A stretch of DNA of 52,410 bases from an uncultured Eubacteriales bacterium (GTDB taxonomy: Bacteria; Bacillota; Clostridia; Christensenellales; UBA1242), in assembly GCA_949096025.1 (NCBI GenBank), contig CARXKP010000005.1, positions 1 through 52,410 on the forward strand. The letters run 5' to 3'. The position numbers and the translations under genes were made by a program. The notes under the pieces were generated by a model. The model worked only from the letters and a program-made list of their open reading frames with translations. It was not told where the DNA came from and made no database searches. Each line of letters starts with the position of its first letter. The stretch's first letter is position 1. Positions 27,067-35,640 of the stretch are shown here, piece by piece.

Positions 27067-27079
27067 AAGGAGAAAAAAG

Positions 27080-27343
27080 ATGTTATCAAAAAAAGCAAAA
27101 ATTAAGCGTATGATTAAAAAAGGTAAAAAGGCTATAGAACTTCTTGAGAAGAAGAGAAATCGTTCTTTAGCTGCACTGCTTGAGGCAATGTTAAATGAGG
27201 TAGAACCTTATGAGGCAGATGTTGAGTTTTTTAAAACTTATACTGCAATGATTGCAGTTGAAAGAGAAAACTTAACTAAACTTATTGCTGAGTTATTGCC
27301 TAAGACTCAAAATGATAGTGATTTGTCAGTTAAAGTTAAATAA
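27080..27343 (+). CDS. Hypothetical basic coiled-coil protein (87 aa)
   Basis: ATG 27080 follows AAAGGAGAAAAAAG. No recognisable domain. Confidence 0.5.
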   Translation: MLSKKAKIKRMIKKGKKAIELLEKKRNRSLAALLEAMLNEVEPYEADVEFFKTYTAMIAVERENLTKLIAELLPKTQNDSDLSVKVK

Positions 27344-27457
27344 ATTAAAATTATTTAATAATTTAGTATTTAATTATATTGTTGTGGGGATAAATTTTTA
27401 AATAAATTTAAATCTTTATGTCCAATAATATTATTGTCGATTTTTACAGGAGGGATT

Positions 27458-27787
27458 ATGTTTTTGTTAAATGTTGCCTCGCAAGATGCAATTACAGGAG
27501 GACAGATAGCAATAATTGTAATTGTATCAGTTTTACTTTTATCTACATTAGTGCTTGGCATTTATATTGCTTTTCTTTTTAGAAAGAAAAATAAAAAAAT
27601 GGACTTCAACCCTGACAGAATGCAAACGGAAGAGTTACAAACAAAATACAATGATTTGATAGAAAGATTAAACGCATTAAAAAATGGTATATCGGTAGCC
27701 GAACTTTCACCGCTTGATATAGATGAACAGGCTTTACTTACTAAATTAAAGGCTGAAGCATTAAAAAAGAAAAAGAAAGATAAATAA
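27458..27787 (+). CDS. Small single-pass membrane protein (109 aa)
   Basis: ATG 27458 follows AGGAGGG. One TM (IAIIVIVSVLLLSTLVLGIYIAFLF) followed by a charged helical tail. Confidence 0.55.
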   Translation: MFLLNVASQDAITGGQIAIIVIVSVLLLSTLVLGIYIAFLFRKKNKKMDFNPDRMQTEELQTKYNDLIERLNALKNGISVAELSPLDIDEQALLTKLKAEALKKKKKDK

Positions 27788-27845
27788 TTGTAAAAATGTT
27801 TTATTTTATGTAGCAATTAATTACTTTTAGAAAAAGAGGTAATAT

Positions 27846-29048
27846 ATGAATATATTTAAAAAGTTTTATTGTAGAAGCTATCAAGTAGTGTTTAAATCAC
27901 TTTTACCAGTTCTTCCTTATAGAGAACCTAAATTATTAAAAACTGTTGAGGATATAGTTAAGGTTATAAAGGAAGACAACAAGTCGAGTGTTTTGCTTGT
28001 AACTGATAGTGGAATTTTTAAACTTGGGTTAACTCAAAAACTAGAAGGGGACTTAAAGGAATCCAATATAAAAGTTATAGTTTATAGCGACACTGTTGCA
28101 AATCCTACAACTAGAAATGTCGAAGAAGCATTAAAGTTATATAAAGACAATAATTGTGATGCCATTATTGCTTTTGGTGGCGGTTCTGCTATGGACTGTG
28201 CTAAGGGGGTAGGTGCAAGGATTGCTAGACCAAATAAAACTTTAGGGCAAATGAAAGGGGTTTTAAAGGTCAGAAAAAAGTTGCCTCTTTTGATTGCAAT
28301 TCCTACGACAGCGGGAACGGGCAGTGAAACAACTCTTGCAGCGGTCATAACTGATGAGCAAACTCATCATAAATATGCTATAAATGATTTTTCTCTTATT
28401 CCAAAGTATGCATCACTTATGCCGAATTTAACTGTAGGACTACCTAAAATCGTAACAGCAACTACTGGTATGGATGCTCTTACTCACGCGGTTGAGGCTT
28501 ACATTGGACGAAGTACAATTAAAAAAACTAGAAGATGTGCTATGGAAGCTGTTAAACTTATCTTTGAAAATCTTGAAAAAGTTTATGATGATGGAAGCAA
28601 TCTAGAAGCAAGAGCAAATATGCTTCTTGCTTCATATAAAGCAGGTATTGCCTTTACTGTAAGTTACGTTGGATATGTTCACGCTATTGCTCATTCTCTT
28701 GGAGGAAAATATAATATTCCTCACGGATTTGCTAATGCAGTAATCTTGCCTTATGTGCTTAAGAGGTATGGTAAAAAGATAAATAAGAAACTTTGGAAAC
28801 TTGGGGAAAATGGTGGTCTTTTTGATAAAACTACTTCTTATGAGGAGGGGGCAAAAATATTTATAGAAAAGATTGAAGAATTGAATAAAAAGATGGGAAT
28901 TGCTAGTTCTATTCCAGAAATTAAGGCTGAGGATATACCTTTGCTTGCTAAAACTGCAGAAAGTGAAGCAAATCCTCTATATCCTGTGCCGGTATTATTT
29001 ACGGCAAAGCAACTCGAAGAGATATATTTAGAGTTAAAAAACGGATAA
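27846..29048 (+). CDS. Iron-containing alcohol dehydrogenase
   Basis: GGGSAMDCAKG, IPTTAGTGSE and the histidine cluster HAIAHSLGG..HG. Confidence 0.9.
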   Translation: MNIFKKFYCRSYQVVFKSLLPVLPYREPKLLKTVEDIVKVIKEDNKSSVLLVTDSGIFKLGLTQKLEGDLKESNIKVIVYSDTVANPTTRNVEEALKLYKDNNCDAIIAFGGGSAMDCAKGVGARIARPNKTLGQMKGVLKVRKKLPLLIAIPTTAGTGSETTLAAVITDEQTHHKYAINDFSLIPKYASLMPNLTVGLPKIVTATTGMDALTHAVEAYIGRSTIKKTRRCAMEAVKLIFENLEKVYDDGSNLEARANMLLASYKAGIAFTVSYVGYVHAIAHSLGGKYNIPHGFANAVILPYVLKRYGKKINKKLWKLGENGGLFDKTTSYEEGAKIFIEKIEELNKKMGIASSIPEIKAEDIPLLAKTAESEANPLYPVPVLFTAKQLEEIYLELKNG

Positions 29049-29084
29049 AAAATAAAGAAATTTTTAAGAAAAAAGGAGAAAACT

Positions 29085-29822
29085 ATGAAACTTAAGGAAT
29101 TTTTTAATAGAAAGAATTTATTCCTTGCACTGAACCTTATTTTTGCACTTTTAATCTGGATAGGTGATAGTATTTTTATGGAGAACGGGGCACTGCTAGC
29201 AAAAGGGCTTACTAGTGTAGTTTTTGTAATTATGGGTGCAGTAAATCTCGTCTTTCTTATTTTAAATAAGAATAAAGATTTTTGCTTTCCAGCCATTATT
29301 TTAACAGGGCTAGTATTTGCTATGTTAGGAGATATAATATTAAATATTAAAGGTGGCTTTATCTATGGTGCAGCACTATTTGCTATTGGTCATATCTTCT
29401 TCTTTATTTCATATTGTTTTGTTTTAAAATTTAAATGGACTGACCTTATTTACGGAGTTGTAATATTCCTTCCTTCAATCCTTTTCATTACGCTAGCGCC
29501 AATCTTTGATTTTGGTGGTGTTCTTATGGAAATAGTTTGTGTCGTTTATGCAATTATTATATCACTTATGGTAGGCAAAGCAATTGCAAATTTTGTAAGA
29601 AAGAAAAACTGGTTAACTCTAATTCTTATGGCGGGAAGTATACTTTTTTTCTTTTCAGACCTTATGCTTCTTATAAATGTTTTTGCAGGACTTTCTAAAA
29701 TTTTTGATATACTTTGTCTTGCTACTTATTATCCAGCAGAGGCTATTCTTGCATTCTCAATTTTCGTATATAATGATAATGTACTTGGCAGGGAAAAAGT
29801 TAGTGAAATTAAGGCTGAATAG
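29085..29822 (+). CDS. YhhN-family membrane protein (lysoplasmalogenase-like)
   Basis: Eight TM-like segments with the paired motifs AMLGDIILN and FFFSDLMLL. Confidence 0.7.
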   Translation: MKLKEFFNRKNLFLALNLIFALLIWIGDSIFMENGALLAKGLTSVVFVIMGAVNLVFLILNKNKDFCFPAIILTGLVFAMLGDIILNIKGGFIYGAALFAIGHIFFFISYCFVLKFKWTDLIYGVVIFLPSILFITLAPIFDFGGVLMEIVCVVYAIIISLMVGKAIANFVRKKNWLTLILMAGSILFFFSDLMLLINVFAGLSKIFDILCLATYYPAEAILAFSIFVYNDNVLGREKVSEIKAE

Positions 29823-29861
29823 AAATAAAAAGTTTTACTTAGATAATTAATTTAAAAAAAG

Positions 29862-29897
29862 AGCGGTTTACTATGATTTTTTAGCAACCGCTTTTTT
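29862..29897. terminator. Terminator between convergent genes
   Basis: agcggtt / aaccgct stem with a 17-nt loop and a T-run at 29892-29897. An A-run lies upstream. Confidence 0.55.
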
Positions 29898-29913
29898 GTA
29901 ATAATTCAATATT

Positions 29914-30936
29914 TTAATAATTTTCGCTGGCATTTTCTATTTCCTTAATTTCTTTTCCAAATAACCATTGCATTAAAGAATTAGATTTAGAGTCTGTTAA
30001 TGCTTGCTCAGGAAGTTGTTCGAGTAATTTGTGTTTTTGCTCTGAGCAACATTCATTTAGTCTATCTATATCAGCAGATTTTTGTGCATATTTTGGAACT
30101 GAAAGGACTTGACCATCTCCCGCGATTATCATAAGGTCATTACCAAAAAGATCAATAATTGATTGAAGTTTTTCAGGATCGCTTGATACACTTGTACCTA
30201 CAATAACTCCACTAAAGCAGGAATAAGGAATTCCAACCAAAATAGCACTCCTTCTTCCTTTCAAATAACCGTTAGCACTATTTTTATCATCTACAAGTTT
30301 TTCTAAAGCCTTTGGGCGGTTCTGACTATCATTATAATAATCATACTTTGCAAAGTATTTTGCTACATCTGGGTCAATAATAAATGCTATACCATCTTTA
30401 TCAAAGTTGAGAAAATATTTTTCTTCAGTTGAGGTTGTTGTTCCACCTTTGACTAATTGAGTTTTAGATAAAGGCAAATCAACTCTTCCTTCGCTTGTGA
30501 GGCGAAGTTTTCCTTGCACTCTATCAATAAAATCTACTAATAAAGTATCCTCTGGCAATCTCCAAAAATCAGCCATCCCGTGAGTTACATCGCCGTGATC
30601 ATAATATTCACCCGCCAAAATGCCATTATTTTTTATGTCTCTTAAAAGGTCAATGTTATAACGAAGTCCGTGTAAGAAAGTATGCTCAGGAAGATAAACA
30701 CCTTCATTGCAAACAAGTTTTTCTGCGTAATGCGTATTTTGTGTTTCTGTATATAGGTATCTTTCAATTTGATCTAAAATAGCAAGTTCAACTTCGGGGT
30801 CAAGATTATCAAGTTTTGATGTTAAAGTTTTTAAATCTACTGTTCTTGTTTTAGACAGCCTTTTTCTTCTATAAGTGATAGCATCCATATTTACTTTTTT
30901 AGATATTGTTTTAGTAATTTTTGTTTTCTCACTCAT
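29914..30936 (-). CDS. Hypothetical protein (340 aa), no recognisable domain
   Basis: Long ORF with RBS TAGGAG. Basic N-terminus. No motif that I can place. Confidence 0.6.
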   Translation of the reverse strand: MSEKTKITKTISKKVNMDAITYRRKRLSKTRTVDLKTLTSKLDNLDPEVELAILDQIERYLYTETQNTHYAEKLVCNEGVYLPEHTFLHGLRYNIDLLRDIKNNGILAGEYYDHGDVTHGMADFWRLPEDTLLVDFIDRVQGKLRLTSEGRVDLPLSKTQLVKGGTTTSTEEKYFLNFDKDGIAFIIDPDVAKYFAKYDYYNDSQNRPKALEKLVDDKNSANGYLKGRRSAILVGIPYSCFSGVIVGTSVSSDPEKLQSIIDLFGNDLMIIAGDGQVLSVPKYAQKSADIDRLNECCSEQKHKLLEQLPEQALTDSKSNSLMQWLFGKEIKEIENASENY

Positions 30937-31005
30937 ATGTTTACTCCTACTAAAATTATAGTTTTAAAGGTATGTTTTGTCAAGATTTAAATTATATGTG
31001 TTTTT

Positions 31006-31494
31006 TTAGTCTATCAAATCTGATTTGTTTATTTCAAAACCAATAGGTGAGCAACTTGGGACTATAGGATATGGCAATTTATTACTAGATTTAATTTTAT
31101 AAAATTGTCCAATAAAGGCTGTTAAATTTACTCCACTTGTTACGCAAATTATAACATCTTCATCATTATATTTTGCAATAATATCTTTTAAAAAATCTCT
31201 TGTTCTTATTTGGCAATCTATCCACTTTTCTTCTTTTATACTGCCAAACTCATTAAGCCTTTCTTCTTCAAAGATAGGAATATCAATAAGTTTGTTTATT
31301 ATCTTAGCTGTTTTTTTGCATCTCAAAAAAGGTGATGTGTAAATAGCAACTATATTTTCGCCTTTTTTCTTAGCGTCAGAAAAAATTTTTGCTACTAATT
31401 TTGCATCTTTTTTTCCAATATTTGTAATTCCATCCATTTGTGAAGGAAGAGTATTTTTCTTTCTCATAGCGTGATGAATATAAAATATTTTCAT
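31006..31494 (-). CDS. Histidine-phosphatase-superfamily-like protein with altered catalytic motifs
   Basis: FYIHHAMR in place of RHG, IYTSPFLRCKKTA (family-typical), and ICVTSGVN where the second catalytic His (SHG) is expected. Confidence 0.55.
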   Translation of the reverse strand: MKIFYIHHAMRKKNTLPSQMDGITNIGKKDAKLVAKIFSDAKKKGENIVAIYTSPFLRCKKTAKIINKLIDIPIFEEERLNEFGSIKEEKWIDCQIRTRDFLKDIIAKYNDEDVIICVTSGVNLTAFIGQFYKIKSSNKLPYPIVPSCSPIGFEINKSDLID

Positions 31495-31514
31495 AGAATT
31501 CCTTTATTTATTGA

Positions 31515-31862
31515 TTATTTTAAACTTTTATCTAATTTATTAGTTTTGAGTGAATAGTAAAGAAAGGTGTAATATGGCGCGATTAGTAAAGGAAGAAATA
31601 TGCCACTAGCACCAATACTCATTCCTTGTTTAAAAGCCTCTTCAAAACTTATTTCATCAAGCTTTAGTTTTTCGTATCTAAAAGAAGGAATTATACAAAA
31701 ACACCAAATATCAACAATAATACAAGAAGTAATTTTAAGAGTGTTCCAGTCTAGTGATTTGTCAAGAAAAAATAACATAGTTATAAATGCAGTAAAGATT
31801 ATAGAATAAATTAAAATTACAATTTTCATTTTTAAAGTTTCTGATTTCATTTTACTCTCCAT
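31515..31862 (-). CDS. Small membrane protein (115 aa)
   Basis: Three or four hydrophobic segments. The start overlaps the recombinase ORF end by 16 nt. Confidence 0.5.
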   Translation of the reverse strand: MESKMKSETLKMKIVILIYSIIFTAFITMLFFLDKSLDWNTLKITSCIIVDIWCFCIIPSFRYEKLKLDEISFEEAFKQGMSIGASGIFLPLLIAPYYTFLYYSLKTNKLDKSLK

Positions 31863-33442
31863 AAAATAATATAATATAACATTATGGATTTTTCATTAAA
31901 TAAATTTATAATGTATAAAAACCTAAATCGAACATTTCGATTTAGGTTGTGCTTGGCGGAGCAATCATTTTGAAATAAGAACTTTTCATTTTCTGCTATG
32001 TTCTCGGTTGCTTCTTCAAAAGTAAATTTACGAAGATTAAACAAGTTATAATAGATTGCTATTTTATCGTCAAAGATATAAACGCTATTAACAAACTTGT
32101 TTATTATTTTGCGTTGATATTCGATATCGTTTATGTTCCCGTCTAAATATTCACCGAGAAGATTTTTCACATCTTCTTTTGTATGAGTGATTATTTTAAC
32201 AAGTTTTAACTTTTTCAATTCTGCTTGTAAATCTTGTTTTTCAATCTCTAAACTTTTTGATTTTTCGTTCATACGCTTTTGCAGTTCTTCGCTATCTGCT
32301 TTGAAAAACATATCAAAACATTTGTCTAAATCTCTGTCGATTTTTTCAATGTGTTTTTCAATGTTTTTAATTTGTAAAGCGGTTGTGTTTATGTTCCACT
32401 TTTCAAGCATTCCATTTGCAATATTTTCGATTTGTTCGTGTGTTAAAACAAAGTTTAATGTTTGTTCTACAACATACTTTTCTAAATCGCTTTTATGCTC
32501 GTTATTCTTTTTGCAAGTATGCTCTTTATATCTTTTAGCACACGCATAATAATGGTGTTGTTTTTTGGTTTTACTTGTTCCACTTATGCCGACCATAGCA
32601 GAGCCACAATAACCGCAAAATGCTTTACCCGTTAAAAGATATTCGATTTTTGCTTTTTGTGTTGCTGGTTGGTGTTTATGTTCTGCAAGTTTGATTTGGA
32701 CTTTGTCGAACAATTCTTTGCTTATAATTGCGGGGCAATATTCTTCGTTTTGTAAATTGCCATTATCAAATACGCCCGTATATTTAATATTTGTTAAGTT
32801 GTTTTGAAAACTATTATAACTTATTGCTTTGCCTTTGTTGGTTTTATAACCTTTTTTGTTAAGTTCTTTTATAATTTGTTTTTTGCTTTTTCCGTTGGCG
32901 TATTCTTCAAATAAATAGCGAATTGCGGGAGCGGTTTTTTCGTCAATGACGATTTTTTTATCTTCCACTTTATAGCCATATAGAATATGCCCGCCTATGT
33001 AATTGCCTTTTATAATACTTTCTCTTATGCCTCTTTTTACTTTTTGGCTAAGGTCTTTTGAATACATTTCGGCAAACATTTCGAGTAAACCTTCCATTAA
33101 AGCACCTTCGGGCGTATCGTTTATTATTTCAGTTGCAGAAACAACACGCACGCCATATTGTGCGAGTTTATGTTTGTATATTGTGTTATCATATTTATTT
33201 CGGCTAAATCTATCGAGTTTATAAACGAGTATTTGTTCAAATTCTTTTTTGCTTGCATCTGCAATAAGTTTTTGAAACTCTGGGCGGTTGTCATTTGTTC
33301 CCGTTGTTGCTCGGTCGATATATTCGCCTATGATATTTATTTTGTTTCGCTCTGCAAATTCTTTGCATACTCTTAATTGCCCTTCAATGCTTTGTTCGGT
33401 TTGAGAGTGCGAAGAAAATCGAGCGTAAATAACTGCATTCAT
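31847..33442 (-). CDS. Large serine recombinase (integrase)
   Basis: N-terminal resolvase catalytic domain MNAVIYARFSSHSQ..EGQ..DRFSRN, recombinase domain, Cys cluster CGYCG..YYAC..C, and a long coiled-coil. 531 aa. Confidence 0.9.
   Translation of the reverse strand: MNAVIYARFSSHSQTEQSIEGQLRVCKEFAERNKINIIGEYIDRATTGTNDNRPEFQKLIADASKKEFEQILVYKLDRFSRNKYDNTIYKHKLAQYGVRVVSATEIINDTPEGALMEGLLEMFAEMYSKDLSQKVKRGIRESIIKGNYIGGHILYGYKVEDKKIVIDEKTAPAIRYLFEEYANGKSKKQIIKELNKKGYKTNKGKAISYNSFQNNLTNIKYTGVFDNGNLQNEEYCPAIISKELFDKVQIKLAEHKHQPATQKAKIEYLLTGKAFCGYCGSAMVGISGTSKTKKQHHYYACAKRYKEHTCKKNNEHKSDLEKYVVEQTLNFVLTHEQIENIANGMLEKWNINTTALQIKNIEKHIEKIDRDLDKCFDMFFKADSEELQKRMNEKSKSLEIEKQDLQAELKKLKLVKIITHTKEDVKNLLGEYLDGNINDIEYQRKIINKFVNSVYIFDDKIAIYYNLFNLRKFTFEEATENIAENEKFLFQNDCSAKHNLNRNVRFRFLYIINLFNEKSIMLYYIILWRVK
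31924..31958 (-). terminator. Perfect 13-bp hairpin inside the 3-prime end of the recombinase ORF
   Basis: aacctaaatcgaa (31930-31942), cat loop, ttcgatttaggtt (31946-31958). On the minus strand it is followed by TTTTTA. Confidence 0.5.
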
Positions 33443-33444
33443 TT

Positions 33445-33804
33445 TTACCCCTTAAAATATTTTTCTAAAAGTTCGATAACTGCTTTTGTATCTTTATCAC
33501 CTATATAATATTTCATAGTTCCATATTTTTCGGAAACAATGCTTATTTCGTTTCTGCATTCTTCTGGGCTTTCAGTCCAGCCAAGCAAATAAAAATGTGT
33601 TGTATCTAAAATGCTTGTTAATTTGGTTAATTTTGATTGTGGTAAATCAACAAGCCCTTTTTCTATTTTGTTAATGGTGGAGCGAGATGTATAACCCATC
33701 TTTTGTGCTAACTCGTCTTGTGTTAGACCTTTTTTTATTCTTAAATCTCTTATTCTTTGCCCCATTTTATGCAAATATTCTTTGTTTTCTTCTGGAATTA
33801 TCAT
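33445..33804 (-). CDS. cI-like XRE-family repressor (119 aa)
   Basis: LTQDELAQKMGYTSRSTINKIEKG HTH segment. The stop lies 2 nt from the recombinase start. Divergent from a Cro-like gene. Confidence 0.8.
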   Translation of the reverse strand: MIIPEENKEYLHKMGQRIRDLRIKKGLTQDELAQKMGYTSRSTINKIEKGLVDLPQSKLTKLTSILDTTHFYLLGWTESPEECRNEISIVSEKYGTMKYYIGDKDTKAVIELLEKYFKG

Positions 33805-33851
33805 AAATTTTCGCTCCTTTTATTAAAAAACTAACTTTATAATAGCATATT

Positions 33852-33946
33852 GTTGAAATAAAATCAACTTTTTTTGAAAAGTTTGTTATTTTTGTTGACT
33901 TATATTCTACAAAGTGTTATTATTTGATTGTTGAATTAAAATCAAC
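33852..33946. promoter_or_regulatory. Three operator-like palindromes, GTTGA-N7-TCAAC
   Basis: GTTGAAATAAAATCAAC (33852-33868), GTTGACTTATATTCTAC (33894-33910, one mismatch) and GTTGAATTAAAATCAAC (33930-33946). Confidence 0.7.
33895..33923 (+). promoter_or_regulatory. Rightward promoter of the Cro-like gene
   Basis: TTGACT (33895-33900), 17 nt spacer, TATTAT (33918-33923). The -35 lies inside the middle operator. A leftward TTGATT-17-TATTAT overlaps the first operator on the minus strand. Confidence 0.5.
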
Positions 33947-33973
33947 AAATCTAATAAAAGGGGGTAGCAGGTT

Positions 33974-34207
33974 ATGACAAACACTCTAAAATTGCGTGCT
34001 TTACTTATTGAAAATAATTTAACAAGTGAAGATGTTGCGAAAGAGTTAGGCATATCAAAGCAAAGTTTCAGTATGAAACTAAATAACAAGCGTGAATTTA
34101 AGTCAAGCGAATTAAATAAACTTGTTGTGTTGCTTAATCTAACCGACAAAGATTTTTTGCCAATTTTTTTTGCAAATCGTGTTGAATTTAATTCAACTTG
34201 CGTGTAA
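33974..34207 (+). CDS. Cro-like small HTH protein (77 aa)
   Basis: LTSEDVAKELGISKQSFSMKLNNKREF HTH-like segment. RBS AAAGGGGG. Confidence 0.65.
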   Translation: MTNTLKLRALLIENNLTSEDVAKELGISKQSFSMKLNNKREFKSSELNKLVVLLNLTDKDFLPIFFANRVEFNSTCV

Positions 34208-34210
34208 ATT

Positions 34211-34390
34211 ATGCAAATACAAGTTGGCACGATTGCTTATAGAGATAAGCAAACAAACAATTTTGCAAAGTCAAAAGCGTTGTATATGAAATACTCGCCC
34301 GAACTTGCAGAAAGTCAAAAAGAGTTTATGCAAAGGGCTTGTGATATGTTTATAACTGATTTATTGATTTTTGCAAAATATGGCTTTTAA
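34211..34390 (+). CDS. Small hypothetical ORF (59 aa), not in the supplied track
   Basis: ATG 34211 to TAA 34388-34390, read by eye (MQIQVGTIAYRDKQ...). Sits 3 nt after the Cro-like stop. No clear RBS. Confidence 0.3.
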   Translation: MQIQVGTIAYRDKQTNNFAKSKALYMKYSPELAESQKEFMQRACDMFITDLLIFAKYGF

Positions 34391-34483
34391 GCGTTGTTTT
34401 AATTGTGGTTAAAGCAATTTATCAAAGAATTTTGAAAACTCGCTACAAATTGAAAAAATGCTTAAAAAGTTGACTTATTTTAT

Positions 34484-34678
34484 ATGAAAAATGGGGTTTC
34501 TAAAATGGCAAAATTAAGTAAAAAGTTTTGCGAAGAATGGGCTTTTTATATTAAGCCTGGAACACGCAAGCGAATTGTATTTAATGAAAAATGTAAAAAG
34601 TGTATGCACGAATGCAAGCAAAGTTATCGTGCTGAAATAATTGCTTGTAAAAATTTTCAAAAAAAGGTAGGTAAATAA
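34484..34678 (+). CDS. Small Cys-containing protein (64 aa; may start at ATG 34505)
   Basis: CKKCMHEC plus two further Cys, possibly a zinc-ribbon-like fold. Lies in the element's early region. Confidence 0.4.
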   Translation: MKNGVSKMAKLSKKFCEEWAFYIKPGTRKRIVFNEKCKKCMHECKQSYRAEIIACKNFQKKVGK

Positions 34679-34681
34679 ACT

Positions 34682-34951
34682 ATGAATTATTTAGGAAAAG
34701 GACTTTTAATTGGTTACAAAACATACAAAAAGGACAATGCAGACAAGCATATTTATTATGTGCTTAATGGCAATAAAGACGATAAAAACGGGCTTTATAA
34801 TGACTTGGAATTTATCACAATCATACAAGACGAACAAACAATCGCAGAGTTAAAGCCACAAATTGTTACTTTTGAAATTGCAAGTCAAACATTTGCAGGA
34901 CAAACAAAAAATAGATTTTTGAATATTCAATCACAAAAGGAAGGTAAATAA
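34682..34951 (+). CDS. Hypothetical protein (89 aa)
   Basis: ORF tightly packed with its neighbours, 3-nt gaps on both sides. Confidence 0.45.
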   Translation: MNYLGKGLLIGYKTYKKDNADKHIYYVLNGNKDDKNGLYNDLEFITIIQDEQTIAELKPQIVTFEIASQTFAGQTKNRFLNIQSQKEGK

Positions 34952-34953
34952 TT

Positions 34954-35211
34954 ATGGACGCAAGAGATATTATTGACGAATTAAGTTTGCAAACTGACGA
35001 TATAGATAGTTTGCTCGGTATTATGGAAAATATCATAATTGAGTTAGATGAAAAAACAAGTAATAGCAGAGATAGAAACAAGATTTTGAAGATTATCGGC
35101 AAATTTTATGTTGTTTGGAAAGGTTTAACAAGTGCAAACAAAACGATTGATAAAGGCTTAAATTCATTATGGTATAAAGTTTTTGAACTTGAAGAAAAGG
35201 ACAACGCATAA
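34954..35211 (+). CDS. Hypothetical acidic protein (85 aa)
   Basis: ORF whose stop overlaps the next start (TAATG). Confidence 0.45.
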   Translation: MDARDIIDELSLQTDDIDSLLGIMENIIIELDEKTSNSRDRNKILKIIGKFYVVWKGLTSANKTIDKGLNSLWYKVFELEEKDNA

Positions 35212-35366
35212 TGAAAAAAGTATCAAAAGTAATTTTTAGTATTTTAGGCATCTTGGCTATTGGTGTTGGTTTGTTCTGCTTGGTGGGTTATCTCTACGGA
35301 CTTGCGACAAGTCAAAACTTTGTAGAGATTATGCACGTTTGGTTGCCTTTTCTCACACAAAAATAA
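35211..35366 (+). CDS. Small membrane protein (51 aa), not in the supplied track
   Basis: MKKVSKVIFSILGILAIGVGLFCLVGYLYGL.., read by eye. ATG overlaps the preceding stop. One clear TM. Confidence 0.4.
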   Translation: MKKVSKVIFSILGILAIGVGLFCLVGYLYGLATSQNFVEIMHVWLPFLTQK

Positions 35367-35429
35367 ACTATCTTTTTTAGATTGCAGAGGCAAAGAAAAC
35401 TCGAACAATCGAAAAAAGTAGTGGAGCGG

Positions 35430-35605
35430 TTTTTTGTGCCACAATGAAAAAGAGAAAGGAAAAGGGCAAAGACTTTTAACTATCTTCTTTGAGTTGCTTT
35501 CGGCACGAACGGAAAGGCACAAAAAATTTAACAAAGTCAAAGGGCTTTTGCGGTTTATGCCTAACGGGAGATAAATAGCAAAAGTTCACTTTACCCTTGA
35601 CTTTG
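35430..35605. other. Structured non-coding region with two long-range inverted repeats
   Basis: ttttttgtgcc (35430-35440) pairs with ggcacaaaaaa (35516-35526). caaagtcaaaggg (35532-35544) pairs with cccttgactttg (35594-35605), leaving one bulged A. Confidence 0.5.
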
Positions 35606-35640
35606 TGAAAAGTGAAACGGAAACGAAGGAGCAAAGAACT

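Noticed and set aside
28838-29296. 152-aa minus-strand ORF spanning the ADH / YhhN junction.
   Set aside because: It is antisense to two motif-supported genes and crosses their intergenic RBS. Its composition is low-complexity.
31868-31890. A 10-bp match, TAATATAATA, shared between about 31872 and about 37292, considered as the att core repeat of the element.
   Set aside because: It is too short and too AT-rich to be significant in this genome. The att sites remain undefined.
33907-34230. 107-aa minus-strand ORF.
   Set aside because: It is antisense to the Cro-like gene and runs through the operator/promoter region. It has no RBS.
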